Made by a program: the position numbers and the translations under genes. The notes under the pieces were generated by a model, which was not told the DNA's origin, did no database searches, and saw only the letters and a list, made by a program, of their open reading frames with translations. From Candidatus Poribacteria bacterium (GTDB lineage Bacteria; Poribacteria; WGA-4E; JAJDTR01), in contig CBDCTK010000002.1 of the NCBI GenBank assembly GCA_965222225.1, forward strand, positions 4,128,001-4,192,000: DNA of 64,000 bases. Reading direction: 5' to 3'. Numbering within the stretch: the stretch's first letter is position 1; every line of letters starts with the position of its first letter. Shown here piece by piece: positions 40,590 through 50,713 of the stretch.

Positions 40590-42285
40590 TGAAGCGTTCT
40601 GCCAACTCAGAGCCCATGCCGGCTACGTCTACCCCAATCTCTTTGTCGATTACTACATCAGAAACACCAGCTACCAACTGCTCGCGCTCAAAGATTTCCA
40701 CATCGAAATCCTCAACGCCATCAAACCGGGCGTGTACGGTAAGCAAATAAACGTCCAAGCACCGCGCGGCACCGGCAAGACGACCCTCGTTAACGGTCTA
40801 ATCCCTCTTTGGAGGATCTGCTACAAACACTTCGATCTCGCCATGGATAGACAGCCGGAGGAGTTTATCCTCATTGTCGGTCGTAACGAACGTGCAGCGC
40901 GCCAACGCATAACCGAAATCCGCGACGTTCTCGAACACAACCCCCTCATCCGACGCGACTTCGGCGACCTCGTCGGTTCCCCGTGGACAAAAACCGAAAC
41001 CGACACCCGCAACGGCATCGGGCTGAGACCTCTCGGACGCGGCTCATCCCCCCGCGGCGCCCTCCTCGGCGATGTCCGTCCGACGTTGAAACTGTGTGAC
41101 GACATCGAAGATCCAAAACGCTGCCTCAATCCCGACCTCCGAGAAGAAGACAGGGACTGGTTCATGACCGACTTCATGTACGCCGGCGACCTGGGGAGCA
41201 AACACTCCAACACCATCATCGTCGATACCGTAAAACACCCCGAATCCCTCTCCGAACACCTCCGCGCCCTCCCCGGTTGGCGGACACTGCGGTTTGAAGC
41301 GGTGATGCATCCTGAAGACATCTACCACCCCACCGCCGAACGCCTCTGGAAACAGTGGGACGGATTCTATAGCGATACAACCCTTGACGACGACGAACGC
41401 GAAGAGAACGCGAATGCGTTCTACGCGAAACATCAAGATGAGATGTCCGGCGGCGTGAAGATGTTGTGGCCGGAAAAACTGTCGTACATCCACGTTCGCA
41501 AAGAGATTCTCGAACGCGGCTATCACCGCGTCATGCGCGAACTCCAAAACGACGCGCGCGACCCCGCGATGTCGCTCTTCAAGATGGATGGTGCTATCAC
41601 GTTCTCCGTCATCAAGGAAGGCTTTCGCCGCAGCGACGGGCATGTGGTTCCGTGGCACGACATCGGCGGATTCACCACCTACCTCGACACCATGGGCGGA
41701 CGCGATGCGGTTGCCAACAGCTACGCCTGCGCTGTCGTCATGGCGTGGGAACCGCTGCCCGGCGGCAGTTCCATGAACCCCGACTCCCTCTCCGGCGTAA
41801 ACGGATATATCCTGTCGGCGTGGATGGATCGCGTCGCATTGACCGAGCAAATGGAGCACGCCATCCTCCTCGCACAGCGCGCCGAGGCGATGTTGGCGCC
41901 CGCGTACCCGAAATCCCACTTCGTCTGCGAACAGCGGCCCGACAAAGACGGCACAATAAAGATGTCAACCGACCATGCGTTCCGTGCGATGAACGAGCGC
42001 CACCGCTTTGAACGCAGAATCATGTATCACAAACAGCACCAGAACAAAGAAGATCGAATCGGTACGCTTGAACCCGCGATAGCAAACGGCTGGCTCGCGT
42101 TTAACGAGAAAGACTTGCCGGGCGAGTTTTGGAAACAGTTTCGCCAATTCCCAACCGCCGACCATAACGACGCACCCGACGCCGTCCAAGGCGCCTGTCG
42201 CTCTCGCATCACGACCACCGCGCAACAACGCGTCGATCTATCTGCAGCTCGTCGATTCAACCGCAACCCCGTCGTGAGACTGTAA
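40579..42285 (+). CDS. terL: Phage terminase large subunit
   Basis: Walker A APRGTGKTT, RG....RP.L.LCDDIED (Walker B), LWPE, ELQN, and C-terminal QFP..DHNDAPDA. Likely start ATG 40579. Confidence 0.85.
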   Translation: MKDDEAFCQLRAHAGYVYPNLFVDYYIRNTSYQLLALKDFHIEILNAIKPGVYGKQINVQAPRGTGKTTLVNGLIPLWRICYKHFDLAMDRQPEEFILIVGRNERAARQRITEIRDVLEHNPLIRRDFGDLVGSPWTKTETDTRNGIGLRPLGRGSSPRGALLGDVRPTLKLCDDIEDPKRCLNPDLREEDRDWFMTDFMYAGDLGSKHSNTIIVDTVKHPESLSEHLRALPGWRTLRFEAVMHPEDIYHPTAERLWKQWDGFYSDTTLDDDEREENANAFYAKHQDEMSGGVKMLWPEKLSYIHVRKEILERGYHRVMRELQNDARDPAMSLFKMDGAITFSVIKEGFRRSDGHVVPWHDIGGFTTYLDTMGGRDAVANSYACAVVMAWEPLPGGSSMNPDSLSGVNGYILSAWMDRVALTEQMEHAILLAQRAEAMLAPAYPKSHFVCEQRPDKDGTIKMSTDHAFRAMNERHRFERRIMYHKQHQNKEDRIGTLEPAIANGWLAFNEKDLPGEFWKQFRQFPTADHNDAPDAVQGACRSRITTTAQQRVDLSAARRFNRNPVVRL

Positions 42286-42376
42286 AACTATTGCGCAACA
42301 CATAATCTATTGTATTCTTACACATTACTCATTACGGAGGTATTCATACGTAAGGTGAGATTAACCCACTTCGCCC

Positions 42377-42555
42377 TGTAGGAGCGATCAACCGAGCGAA
42401 TAGCGATCAACTGAGCGATTAGCGAAGGCGATAGAGTTCCTCATGTCTGTAGAGAGGAAACGCGCACAATCTTCGCGCTCCAGCTATATGTAGGGTGGAA
42501 TCAACCGAGCGAATAGCGAGGGCGATAGAAAATCCCGCGCGATAGAGATCCTACC
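42377..42555 (+). repeat. Two GTAG REP starts each continued by GATCAA/GCGATAGAG units
   Basis: tgtaggagc-gatcaaccgagcgaata... and tgtagggtgg-aatcaaccgagcgaata...gcgatagagatcct-accagcct. Confidence 0.8.
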
Positions 42556-42619
42556 AGCCTTTGAAAGGGCAACGGGCGACAGGCTGTATTGCACTACATG
42601 TTGCCGCCGACTTTTTCTA

Positions 42620-42710
42620 TGCTCAACCAAAAAGACCAGATGGTTAAAATCTCCTCCATTTTCTTCAACGCTTGATTGACACCATCTGTTGTGCCACTTA
42701 AATGTACAAG
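42620..42710. repeat. About 95-bp dispersed repeat, copy 2
   Basis: Matches 2297-2389. Confidence 0.8.
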
Positions 42711-42740
42711 TCAAGCTAAAGCTCTTCGCAGCCTTTTCGC

Positions 42741-42769
42741 TTGTCAATATTATCATGCTTTGCTATAAT
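42741..42769 (+). promoter_or_regulatory. sigma70-type promoter of the sugar ABC operon
   Basis: TTGTCA-17 nt-TATAAT with a TG extension. Confidence 0.7.
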
Positions 42770-42842
42770 CGAAACCCCCAAAACAAGGCATTGTCAGATA
42801 CATAACCCAAGTTTATCAAACAAAATTGAAAGGAGTAATATC

Positions 42843-44153
42843 GTGAGGAAACTACGTATCATCATCCCGTGCTTAGTTATTGCGTTGTGTATGATGACTT
42901 TATCTGCGGACGCCGATGAAACGTTAACCATTGCGTGGGCAGAGTGGCCGCCAGCGGATTATCTGCAGGAATTGTCCAAGGATTTTACGGAAGAAACAGG
43001 GATTACGGTTGAAGTCGTTAAAATTCCCTGGCCCAGTTTTCAGGATCAGATTTTCACGGCATTTGTCGGCAAGAGTAACCGCTACGATATTGTCATAGGT
43101 GATAGTCAGTGGCTTGGAAGGAATTCTGTGGGAGGGCACTATGTTGAGTTGACGGATTGGATTAACGATAATATCGCGGTAGACGAAATCTACGGCCCGG
43201 CAATGACCGCCTTTGCCGAATATCCGAAGGGGAGCAAAGAGTATTGGGCACTTCCCGCCGAGGTGGACGCCAACGGCTACGTCTATCGTACAGACCTATT
43301 TAACGACCCGCAGGAAATGAATGCGTTCAAAGCCAAATACGGCTACGAGTTAGCTCCACCCAAGACCTACAAAGAGATGAGAGATGTCGCTGAATTCTTT
43401 ACCAGACCGCCGGATCTGTACGGGATAGCGACCTACTTCAGCAAAGAATATGATGGCATTACAATGGGGTTCCAGCAGGTGATGTGGTCATTTGGGGGAT
43501 CATACGGCGATCCGGAGACGCACAAGGTCGATGGTTTTATCAACAGCGAGGATTCCATCAAGGCATTGGAATACTATATTGAACTCACCAAATTTTCTCC
43601 ACCCGATGCTCCAAATTACTATTGGCAAGAAACACTGGATGCCTATAAATCGGGAAAAGTTGCAATGGCGATGGACTATTTCGCGTTCTTCCCCGGCGCG
43701 TTAGATCCGGGGCAGAATCCGATGTATTACGATAAAAGTGACTTCTTCATTGCACCGGCCGGTCCCAAAGGGCATTACATTAGCATCGGCGGGCAAGGGA
43801 TGTCGGTTTCGTCCTACTCAAGAAACAAAGATACCGCCAAGAAGTACATGAAGTGGTTCATGCAGAAGCCGGTACAGGAGAAGTGGGCGATACTTGGCGG
43901 GCTTACACCCCACAAAGAGGTTTTGCAATCCGACACCTTCTTGAATGCCACGCGGTTCAATAAGGCATTTGCGGCGAGCTGCCCATATTTGCGCGATTTC
44001 TGGGCAGTGCCGGAATACGCGGAGCTATTGGAGGCTTGTCAGACAAACTGGAACGCTGCTATTGTAGGTTTGAAATCGGCGAAGGACGCCCTGGATGAAA
44101 TTGCCAGGAAGCATGAAGCCATCTTTGAGGATGCTGGCTACTACGACGAATAA
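42843..44153 (+). CDS. Carbohydrate ABC transporter substrate-binding protein
   Basis: GTG after GAAAGGAG, a signal peptide, F.EETGI.V.V, YDIV..D.QW and YVYRTDLF. Confidence 0.92.
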   Translation: MRKLRIIIPCLVIALCMMTLSADADETLTIAWAEWPPADYLQELSKDFTEETGITVEVVKIPWPSFQDQIFTAFVGKSNRYDIVIGDSQWLGRNSVGGHYVELTDWINDNIAVDEIYGPAMTAFAEYPKGSKEYWALPAEVDANGYVYRTDLFNDPQEMNAFKAKYGYELAPPKTYKEMRDVAEFFTRPPDLYGIATYFSKEYDGITMGFQQVMWSFGGSYGDPETHKVDGFINSEDSIKALEYYIELTKFSPPDAPNYYWQETLDAYKSGKVAMAMDYFAFFPGALDPGQNPMYYDKSDFFIAPAGPKGHYISIGGQGMSVSSYSRNKDTAKKYMKWFMQKPVQEKWAILGGLTPHKEVLQSDTFLNATRFNKAFAASCPYLRDFWAVPEYAELLEACQTNWNAAIVGLKSAKDALDEIARKHEAIFEDAGYYDE

Positions 44154-44223
44154 ACTCGGAATCAAGGACAAACTGTTAAGGGCAGAATCACCGCTCTGCC
44201 CTTCTCTATTCTTTGGGACATAG

Positions 44224-45129
44224 ATGCCACCCACCCGTTTTTCGCGCGGATTAAGCGACTACCAAATCAAGATGATGTTCATCATGCCGACGATGATTTT
44301 ACTCATCTTGATGAATATCTTCCCGCTTCTCTGGTCGCTTTATCTAAGTTTCCACCGATACAAGGCCTCAATGCCAGGGCGACCGCCGAAGTTTATCGGG
44401 GTTCAGAACTACGCTCGCCTGCTTTCAGATCCGGAAATATGGGGATATTTCCAGACAACCGCGTATTTCGTGCTGCTCGCCGTTACCGCTCAATTCCTCA
44501 TCGGCTTTGGGTTAGCGCTGCTACTCAATCGTGAGTTCCGCAACAAGGGATTAATCACAACGCTTCTGCTGTTGCCGATGATGCTCTCGCCTGTTGTCGT
44601 CGGACTATTTTGGCGTTTTATCTTGGCTTCCGACAGATCCGGACTCCTCAACTTTTTTCTAAGCCCATTCCTAAGTGCGCCTATCGGTTGGACAACGGAC
44701 CCCAAGATTGCGATGATTGCCGTTGTGATTGTCGATACTTGGATGTGGTCTCCATTCATGATGTTGATCGCTTTAGCCGGGCTATCTGCTGTCCCGAAGT
44801 ATCTTTACGAAGCTGCGGACGTTGATCGCGCCTCAAATTGGTTCAAGTTTCGATGGATAACGTTACCATTGGTTTCACCGCTATTGCTTATTGCCCTGCT
44901 ATTTCGGACAATGGATGCGTTCAAGATGTTTGATATCGTGTATGTGCTTACCAGAGAAGGCGGGCCCGGAACGGCTACAGAAACAGTGTCCATGAATCTC
45001 TACAAACTCGCATTTCGGAACTATAACACCGGCAAGGCGTGTGCCATGGCGTACATTCTCCTAATTATCATTGTCGCTTTAAGCAACATCTACGTGAAAT
45101 ATCTGAACAAGGTCAAGGCGGAAACCTAA
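44224..45129 (+). CDS. Carbohydrate ABC permease (MalF-like)
   Basis: DTWMWSPF and the EAA loop YEAADVDRA..W.KF..ITLP. Confidence 0.93.
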   Translation: MPPTRFSRGLSDYQIKMMFIMPTMILLILMNIFPLLWSLYLSFHRYKASMPGRPPKFIGVQNYARLLSDPEIWGYFQTTAYFVLLAVTAQFLIGFGLALLLNREFRNKGLITTLLLLPMMLSPVVVGLFWRFILASDRSGLLNFFLSPFLSAPIGWTTDPKIAMIAVVIVDTWMWSPFMMLIALAGLSAVPKYLYEAADVDRASNWFKFRWITLPLVSPLLLIALLFRTMDAFKMFDIVYVLTREGGPGTATETVSMNLYKLAFRNYNTGKACAMAYILLIIIVALSNIYVKYLNKVKAET

Positions 45130-45134
45130 AAATC

Positions 45135-46304
45135 ATGAGGGACGTTGGACGCAAGCATTTGAGTCATTACATCATACTCGCTGTAATCGGGATTGCAGTC
45201 ATCGTATATCTCATGCCAATCTATTGGATTGTTGCCACGTCCCTGAAAGCACCAGGCGACATTGTGACGAAGATGCCCAAGTTTCTGTTCCGGTTAACAT
45301 TAGACAATTATCGGAAATTGATGCCGGCTGAAGTGCCCGGAAAAACTTATATGTTCCTTGTCGAAGCGTTGGTAGGCGCTCTCCTCTTCGCGCTGCCGGG
45401 GCGACTATGGTCAAGATCCCAGACCCCCACTATTAGACAACACGCCGCATTGTTATTGAACCGTCTTTTGGCACTCACCTGCCTCTACATTGTCGTTTCC
45501 ACGCTGAATTACCACTTCTTACTGTTGGCAGTTTATGTGGGAGCCGCATATTGCGTAATTTCCAAAGCCGTGGCAAAGGAGCACCAGGTGCGTTTCGGTT
45601 TCATCAATGTGTCGGTGTTTGCGCTGGTTGCCATCTGTATATCTCTGGCTGACGGCGGATCAAAGTATTTTCACCAACTGTTAAACAGTCTCATTGTCGG
45701 GGTTGGCAGTACCATCCTAGCAGTTGGCCTTGGAACATTTGCCGCTTACGCATTTTCGAGGTTCAAAACAGCGGGAAAAGAGGATTTGCTCTTCTTTATT
45801 CTCAGTACACGTATGCTACCGCCAGTGGTCGTAGTGATCCCTATCTATTTGATGTATAGCGCACTCGGATTGCGCGACACACACGCCGGGCTTATCCTGC
45901 TGTATACCACTTTCAATGTGTCCTTTGCTGTCTGGTTGATGAAGGGTTTCATTGATGAAATCCCGAAAGAGTACGAAGATGCGGCTCTTGTCGACGGATA
46001 CACCCGCTTCCAAACCTTCATCAAAGTCGTCCTACCTCAATCCGTGACAGGAATTGCCGCAACCGCCGTTTTTTGTCTAATCACTGCATGGAATGAGTTT
46101 GCGTTTGCGCTAGTCTTGACGGAGGTGGGTGGCAAGGCTGTAACCGCGCCGCCGTCAATTACGAGTGCGACAGGATCCGGGGGCGTGGACTGGGGTAAAA
46201 TTGCAGCGGCGACATTTGTATTTTTATTACCGGTTGCAGTGTTTACATTCCTAATGAGGAAACATCTCTTACGCGGCATTACCTTTGGAGCAGTAAAGAA
46301 ATAA
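45135..46304 (+). CDS. Carbohydrate ABC permease (MalG-like) with an extra hydrophobic insert
   Basis: NS......AAYAFSRF, YEDAALVDG and AWNEF. Confidence 0.9.
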   Translation: MRDVGRKHLSHYIILAVIGIAVIVYLMPIYWIVATSLKAPGDIVTKMPKFLFRLTLDNYRKLMPAEVPGKTYMFLVEALVGALLFALPGRLWSRSQTPTIRQHAALLLNRLLALTCLYIVVSTLNYHFLLLAVYVGAAYCVISKAVAKEHQVRFGFINVSVFALVAICISLADGGSKYFHQLLNSLIVGVGSTILAVGLGTFAAYAFSRFKTAGKEDLLFFILSTRMLPPVVVVIPIYLMYSALGLRDTHAGLILLYTTFNVSFAVWLMKGFIDEIPKEYEDAALVDGYTRFQTFIKVVLPQSVTGIAATAVFCLITAWNEFAFALVLTEVGGKAVTAPPSITSATGSGGVDWGKIAAATFVFLLPVAVFTFLMRKHLLRGITFGAVKK

Positions 46305-46365
46305 TCAACTTGGCAATTAACAAACCGCTGTGGCATAGCTGATTGGAGAACATGTCGGTTTCACT

Positions 46366-47481
46366 ATGGCATCCGTAAAGCTAGAGAACCTGACAAAGCG
46401 TTTCGACGACGTTATCGCACTTGACGGCATCAACCTTGATGTTGCCGACCAAGAATTCTTCGTGCTGCTTGGCCAAACCGGTGCGGGCAAAACCACAGCG
46501 TTACGCTGTGTGGCCGGGCTTGAACATGCCGAAGAAGGGGGAATCTTTTTTGATAGCGAGCGGATTGACGACCTTTCCCCTGCGGAGCGTGATGTCGCCT
46601 TTGTGTTTCAATCTCACATTCTCTATCCGCACCTCACCGTCTACGAAAACATGGCATTTCCGCTACACCCGCGTAAACTGTCGACTGACGAGATCGACAA
46701 ACGCGTCAAAGAGATTGCCGCTATGTTACATATCGAACCCCTTTTGGGACGAAAACCCGGTCAATTGAGCGGTGGTGAAACACAGCGTGTCGGGCTTGGA
46801 AGAGCGATGGTTCGTCGTCCGAGATTGTTCTTGATGGACGAACCTATCTCCAACTTGGATGCGAAACTTCGCAGCGAGATGCGCGCCGAAATCAAGTGGA
46901 GACAACGGCAGTTGGGCACGACGATGTTGTACGTCACGCATGACCAAATTGAAGCAATGTCGATGGCGGATCGAGTGGCTGTGTTAGAGGAAGGGAGTAT
47001 TCAACAGATTGGTACACCGATAGACATTTACAATTCCCCCGCCAATCTGTTTGTCGCCGGTTTCATCGGCAACCCGAGCATGAATCTCCTTTCCTGTCAC
47101 CTTGTCGCTGATGGAGATCAATTCTTCGGGAGACTTGCGGGTGGGTTCCAATTCTTGATTACTGACTCCGAAACTGTTCGTACCTTGACTAACTCAGCCA
47201 AGGATGCACGCGTGGTTCTCGGCGTGAGGCCTGAAGATGTGATTGTAAACCATCAAGCGATGCCCGGTGCCACATCCATAGAGATCTACAGTTTTGAACC
47301 CTTGGGTGCGGAGACCATTGTCGAACTAATAATTGGAAAGAATGAGCAAGGTGCAAATCTCATTCTAAGAACGCGAGCGTCGGCTACCCTAAATGTCGAA
47401 ATTGGACAAACGCTCAATATGGCGTTTGTACCTGAACGACTCCATTTCTTCTATCGCGATACTGGACAGGCGATTTGTTAA
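46366..47481 (+). CDS. Carbohydrate ABC ATPase (MalK-like)
   Basis: GQTGAGKT, LSGGE, LMDEP, YVTHDQ and GVRPED. Confidence 0.95.
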   Translation: MASVKLENLTKRFDDVIALDGINLDVADQEFFVLLGQTGAGKTTALRCVAGLEHAEEGGIFFDSERIDDLSPAERDVAFVFQSHILYPHLTVYENMAFPLHPRKLSTDEIDKRVKEIAAMLHIEPLLGRKPGQLSGGETQRVGLGRAMVRRPRLFLMDEPISNLDAKLRSEMRAEIKWRQRQLGTTMLYVTHDQIEAMSMADRVAVLEEGSIQQIGTPIDIYNSPANLFVAGFIGNPSMNLLSCHLVADGDQFFGRLAGGFQFLITDSETVRTLTNSAKDARVVLGVRPEDVIVNHQAMPGATSIEIYSFEPLGAETIVELIIGKNEQGANLILRTRASATLNVEIGQTLNMAFVPERLHFFYRDTGQAIC

Positions 47482-47617
47482 TAGTCAATCTTGGCAAGTC
47501 TTGATGCACCATGAGACCTCATGCAAAATACTCAGCGTTTAGGTATCTATGGAGGCCCATGCCATTGGGTTGCCTTTACTATATGGTATGAAAAACGATT
47601 TCTGCGGAGATAATCAG

Positions 47618-48665
47618 ATGAAAAGATTACTGCTACTTTGGTTGAGCGTTTCGCTCGTTTTTGTATTGTTTTCGTCGAATACTTTCGCGCAGGACTATAC
47701 CTGATGGAATTTGCCTGAAGGTGCCAAAGCACGATTAGGTAAGGGTGGGCTGTCTGGGAATATCGCGTACTCGCCAGAGGGTCTCGCCTTGCAGTCGCGG
47801 CAACTATTGGTATCTGGCTATATGACGCTCATAGTGGCGCCGAAATTAACCTTTTCAGGGGCCAAGCGCTCACTAAAACCGTAGCATTTAGCCCAGATGG
47901 TTACATCCTCGCTGGTGGGAGCGGTGACGGTACCATCCGTCTGTGGAGTGTGGAAACAGGTGCACACATCCAGACACTCACCGGGCACACCCGAGGTATC
48001 AAAAAGATTGCGTTCAACCCAGATGGTAACACGATCGTGAGTGGAAGTGCGGACAAAAGCATCGCCTTTGGGATGCGAATACAGGCACTCTTAGAGCCTA
48101 TTTGAAAAGTACAGTTTGTAGGGTGCGCACTGCGCACCAGCCTCTAAAAGCCCCGGAGGGGCGGAAGGTGTGTGGAAACACCGAAACCCCGTGCAACCTA
48201 AGCCCCAGCGGGGTGACAGGTATATAGCGGGCAAATTCACAAACATGAAAAACTGTCTTCAAATGACTAAAAATAGCTTTGCTGCCGACTATTCAAACAG
48301 GTTCTTAAACAGACACTTACAGGGCATAGCGATGGGGTGAATAGTGTGGCGTTTAACCCAAACGGCGCGTGCTTGCCAGTGGGAGTTTTGATACAACCAT
48401 CCGTCTATGGGATACGAAAAAAGGCACGCTCGAGCGAACACTCACCGAACATACTGACAAGGTAAGTAGTGTCGCGTTTAGTCCAGACGGTAGTGCCCTT
48501 GCCAGTGGTAGTCATGACAATACAATTCGTCTTTGGGATACTGTCACGCAGACGACAAAACGCACGCTTAGTGGACACACATGGTGGGTTTGAAGCGTGG
48601 CGTTCAGCCCGGACGGTAGCACAATCGCCAGCGCGAGTCATGATGGGACAGTACTATTGTGGTGA
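47618..48665 (+). pseudogene. WD40-repeat protein, multiply disrupted
   Basis: LPEGAKARLGKG start and repeats VAFSPDG..LASGS.D.TIRLWD, with stops, frameshifts and a MITE insertion. Confidence 0.85.
48094..48304. mobile_element. MITE (IS5-like ends), 211 bp, carrying intact REP palindromes
   Basis: Terminal inverted repeats GAGCCTATTTGAA / TTCAAACAGGTTC and a TTA duplication. Excision restores DANTGTLKQTLTGH in the WD40 gene. Confidence 0.9.
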
Positions 48666-48884
48666 ATCAAGTTTACACAAGTTGTCACCGGAAACAGCAG
48701 GGGAGATTCACTGATGCACAAGTATGCCGCTCGTAAGCTGGACACAATTGATCTTGTTAATTCTTTGCCCATGAGTTTGAAGAACTCATTGCCATTCGTC
48801 TTTATGTGATTGTCTGATTATCAGATCCATGTTAAACTTTCACAGAAAGATTTGGCCCACCGTGTAAGAAGGGAGTGAGTCCAT

Positions 48885-50627
48885 ATTCGCAGTTTATTAC
48901 GCCTTAAGAAATACATTGCCCGCCATCGGTTTGCAGTAATTATCAGCCTGATTTCCGTTCTCATCACCAATGCCCTCCTGTTGATTAGTCCCAAAATCTT
49001 AAAATGGACTATTGACGATCTGGAAAGATCCATTCACCCTCGGAAACTCTTGCTATACGCTCTTCTAATCTTTGGAGTTGCGCTGGTCGGCGGTCTAATA
49101 CGGTTCGCGCAGCGGAAGACAATCCAGAGTGTAGCGCGAAAAACCGAATACTACCTGCGCAGCGATTTTTTTGCCCACTTGCAAAAGCTTTCGGCAAGTT
49201 ATTACAACCGCGTTCAAACGGGAGATTTGATGGCGCGAGCAACGAGCGACATGAACGCTGTTCGGATGATGCTGAGTACATCAATTTCATTTACGCTTGA
49301 CGCAATTGTGTTCTTCGGTTTCGCACTGATTATTATGTTGAATATTGATGTCACCTTAACTTTATATGCGCTACTCCCCTACCCGGTACTTGCGGTATTA
49401 ATCCGAGAACTCGGCACGCGAATTCATAAAAGCCATGAGAAAATTCAAGAAGGTTTCTCGGATATGAACACTGCGGTACAGGAGAACTTATCAGGTGTAC
49501 GCGTGGTGAAAGCATATACGCTTGAGGACGCTCAGAAAACTCGATTCCAAGAATTCAACCAGACCTTCGTAAGCCGCAATCGGGTACAGATACGACTGAT
49601 GGCATTTTTTTTTCCGATATTTCGTTTTCTACCCGGGATTGGCGGTGTTGTCCTTTTGTGGGTAGGCGGCATGCGTGTCGTTGATGGCCGGATTACGCTC
49701 GGCGATTTTGTCTCCTTTGGCGCTTATCTGACAATGCTTGTCCGTCCGATGATTATGCTCGGGTTTGTGGTAAACTCCTTCGAACGAGGCGCTGCCTCCA
49801 TGAAACGTATTTCGAGAATTCTTGATGAAAAACCGGACATTTACGATAGTGAAAGTATCAACCGAGGAATCCAAACTATTCAAGGAGCAATCGAGCTAAA
49901 AAATCTCAATTTCGCTTATCAGGACGGAGTTCCCGTTCTCAAAGACATTAACCTCAGAATTGAACCTGGGGCCACGGTTGCCATCGTTGGACCAACAGGT
50001 TGCGGCAAGACAACCCTTGTAAACTTAATTCCACGGATTTATAAAGCCGATCCCGGAACAATCTTCATTGATGGAGTGGACATTCAAGACATTCCCATTG
50101 ACGTGCTTCGCTCAAACATCGGGGTCGTATCACAGGAACCGTACCTTTTCTCCGACTTTCTGCGCAGTAATATTGCGTTTGGCGATGAAGACGCGAGCGA
50201 GATTGAAATCAAGGACGCTGCCCACGCCGCCGATTTGTTAGCACAGATAGAGGAGTTTCCGGATGGCTTGGAAACGTTCTTGGGGGAACGCGGCATAACA
50301 ATCTCGGGTGGACAGAAACAACGCACCGCGTTGGCACGCGCGATACTTGTCAACCCACGTATCCTAATCTTGGATGACGCGTTCGCAAGTGTTGACACGC
50401 ACACGGAGGATACTATCTTGAGCCGTCTCAAGGGGGTCATGGCGAATCGGACGACACTCATCATTTCGCATCGAATTTCGACGGTCAAGGGAGCGGATCT
50501 CATCATCGTTTTGAAAGACGGGGAAATAGTGGAGCGTGGAACCCACGAAGACCTGATAGCGCATAGTGGCATTTACGCGGGAATTCATGAGAAGCAGTTG
50601 CTACAAGAGGAGCTGGAAGGACTTTGA
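48885..50627 (+). CDS. ABC exporter subunit (TMD+NBD), first half of a heterodimer
   Basis: GDLMAR, ENLSGVRVVK, GPTGCGKT, ISGGQKQR and ILDDA. The frame is open upstream to an ATT at 48885 behind GGGAG. Confidence 0.9.
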   Translation: MRSLLRLKKYIARHRFAVIISLISVLITNALLLISPKILKWTIDDLERSIHPRKLLLYALLIFGVALVGGLIRFAQRKTIQSVARKTEYYLRSDFFAHLQKLSASYYNRVQTGDLMARATSDMNAVRMMLSTSISFTLDAIVFFGFALIIMLNIDVTLTLYALLPYPVLAVLIRELGTRIHKSHEKIQEGFSDMNTAVQENLSGVRVVKAYTLEDAQKTRFQEFNQTFVSRNRVQIRLMAFFFPIFRFLPGIGGVVLLWVGGMRVVDGRITLGDFVSFGAYLTMLVRPMIMLGFVVNSFERGAASMKRISRILDEKPDIYDSESINRGIQTIQGAIELKNLNFAYQDGVPVLKDINLRIEPGATVAIVGPTGCGKTTLVNLIPRIYKADPGTIFIDGVDIQDIPIDVLRSNIGVVSQEPYLFSDFLRSNIAFGDEDASEIEIKDAAHAADLLAQIEEFPDGLETFLGERGITISGGQKQRTALARAILVNPRILILDDAFASVDTHTEDTILSRLKGVMANRTTLIISHRISTVKGADLIIVLKDGEIVERGTHEDLIAHSGIYAGIHEKQLLQEELEGL

Positions 50628-50713
50628 ATTGCCCTAGGTTTGTAGTTTGACGACCTCTACCCAGCAACTCCCGTAAGAATGGCCTTCATAGTTTTCATTC
50701 GGAGGATTTACCT

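Noticed and set aside
33168-42285. Complete prophage from integrase to terminase
   Set aside because: There are no structural, replication or lysis genes and no att repeats, and the intervening genes look host-like.
6415-48593. Stop-codon reassignment explaining the in-frame stops
   Set aside because: TAG, TAA and TGA all appear as lesions and all three terminate intact genes. Several affected genes also have frameshifts.
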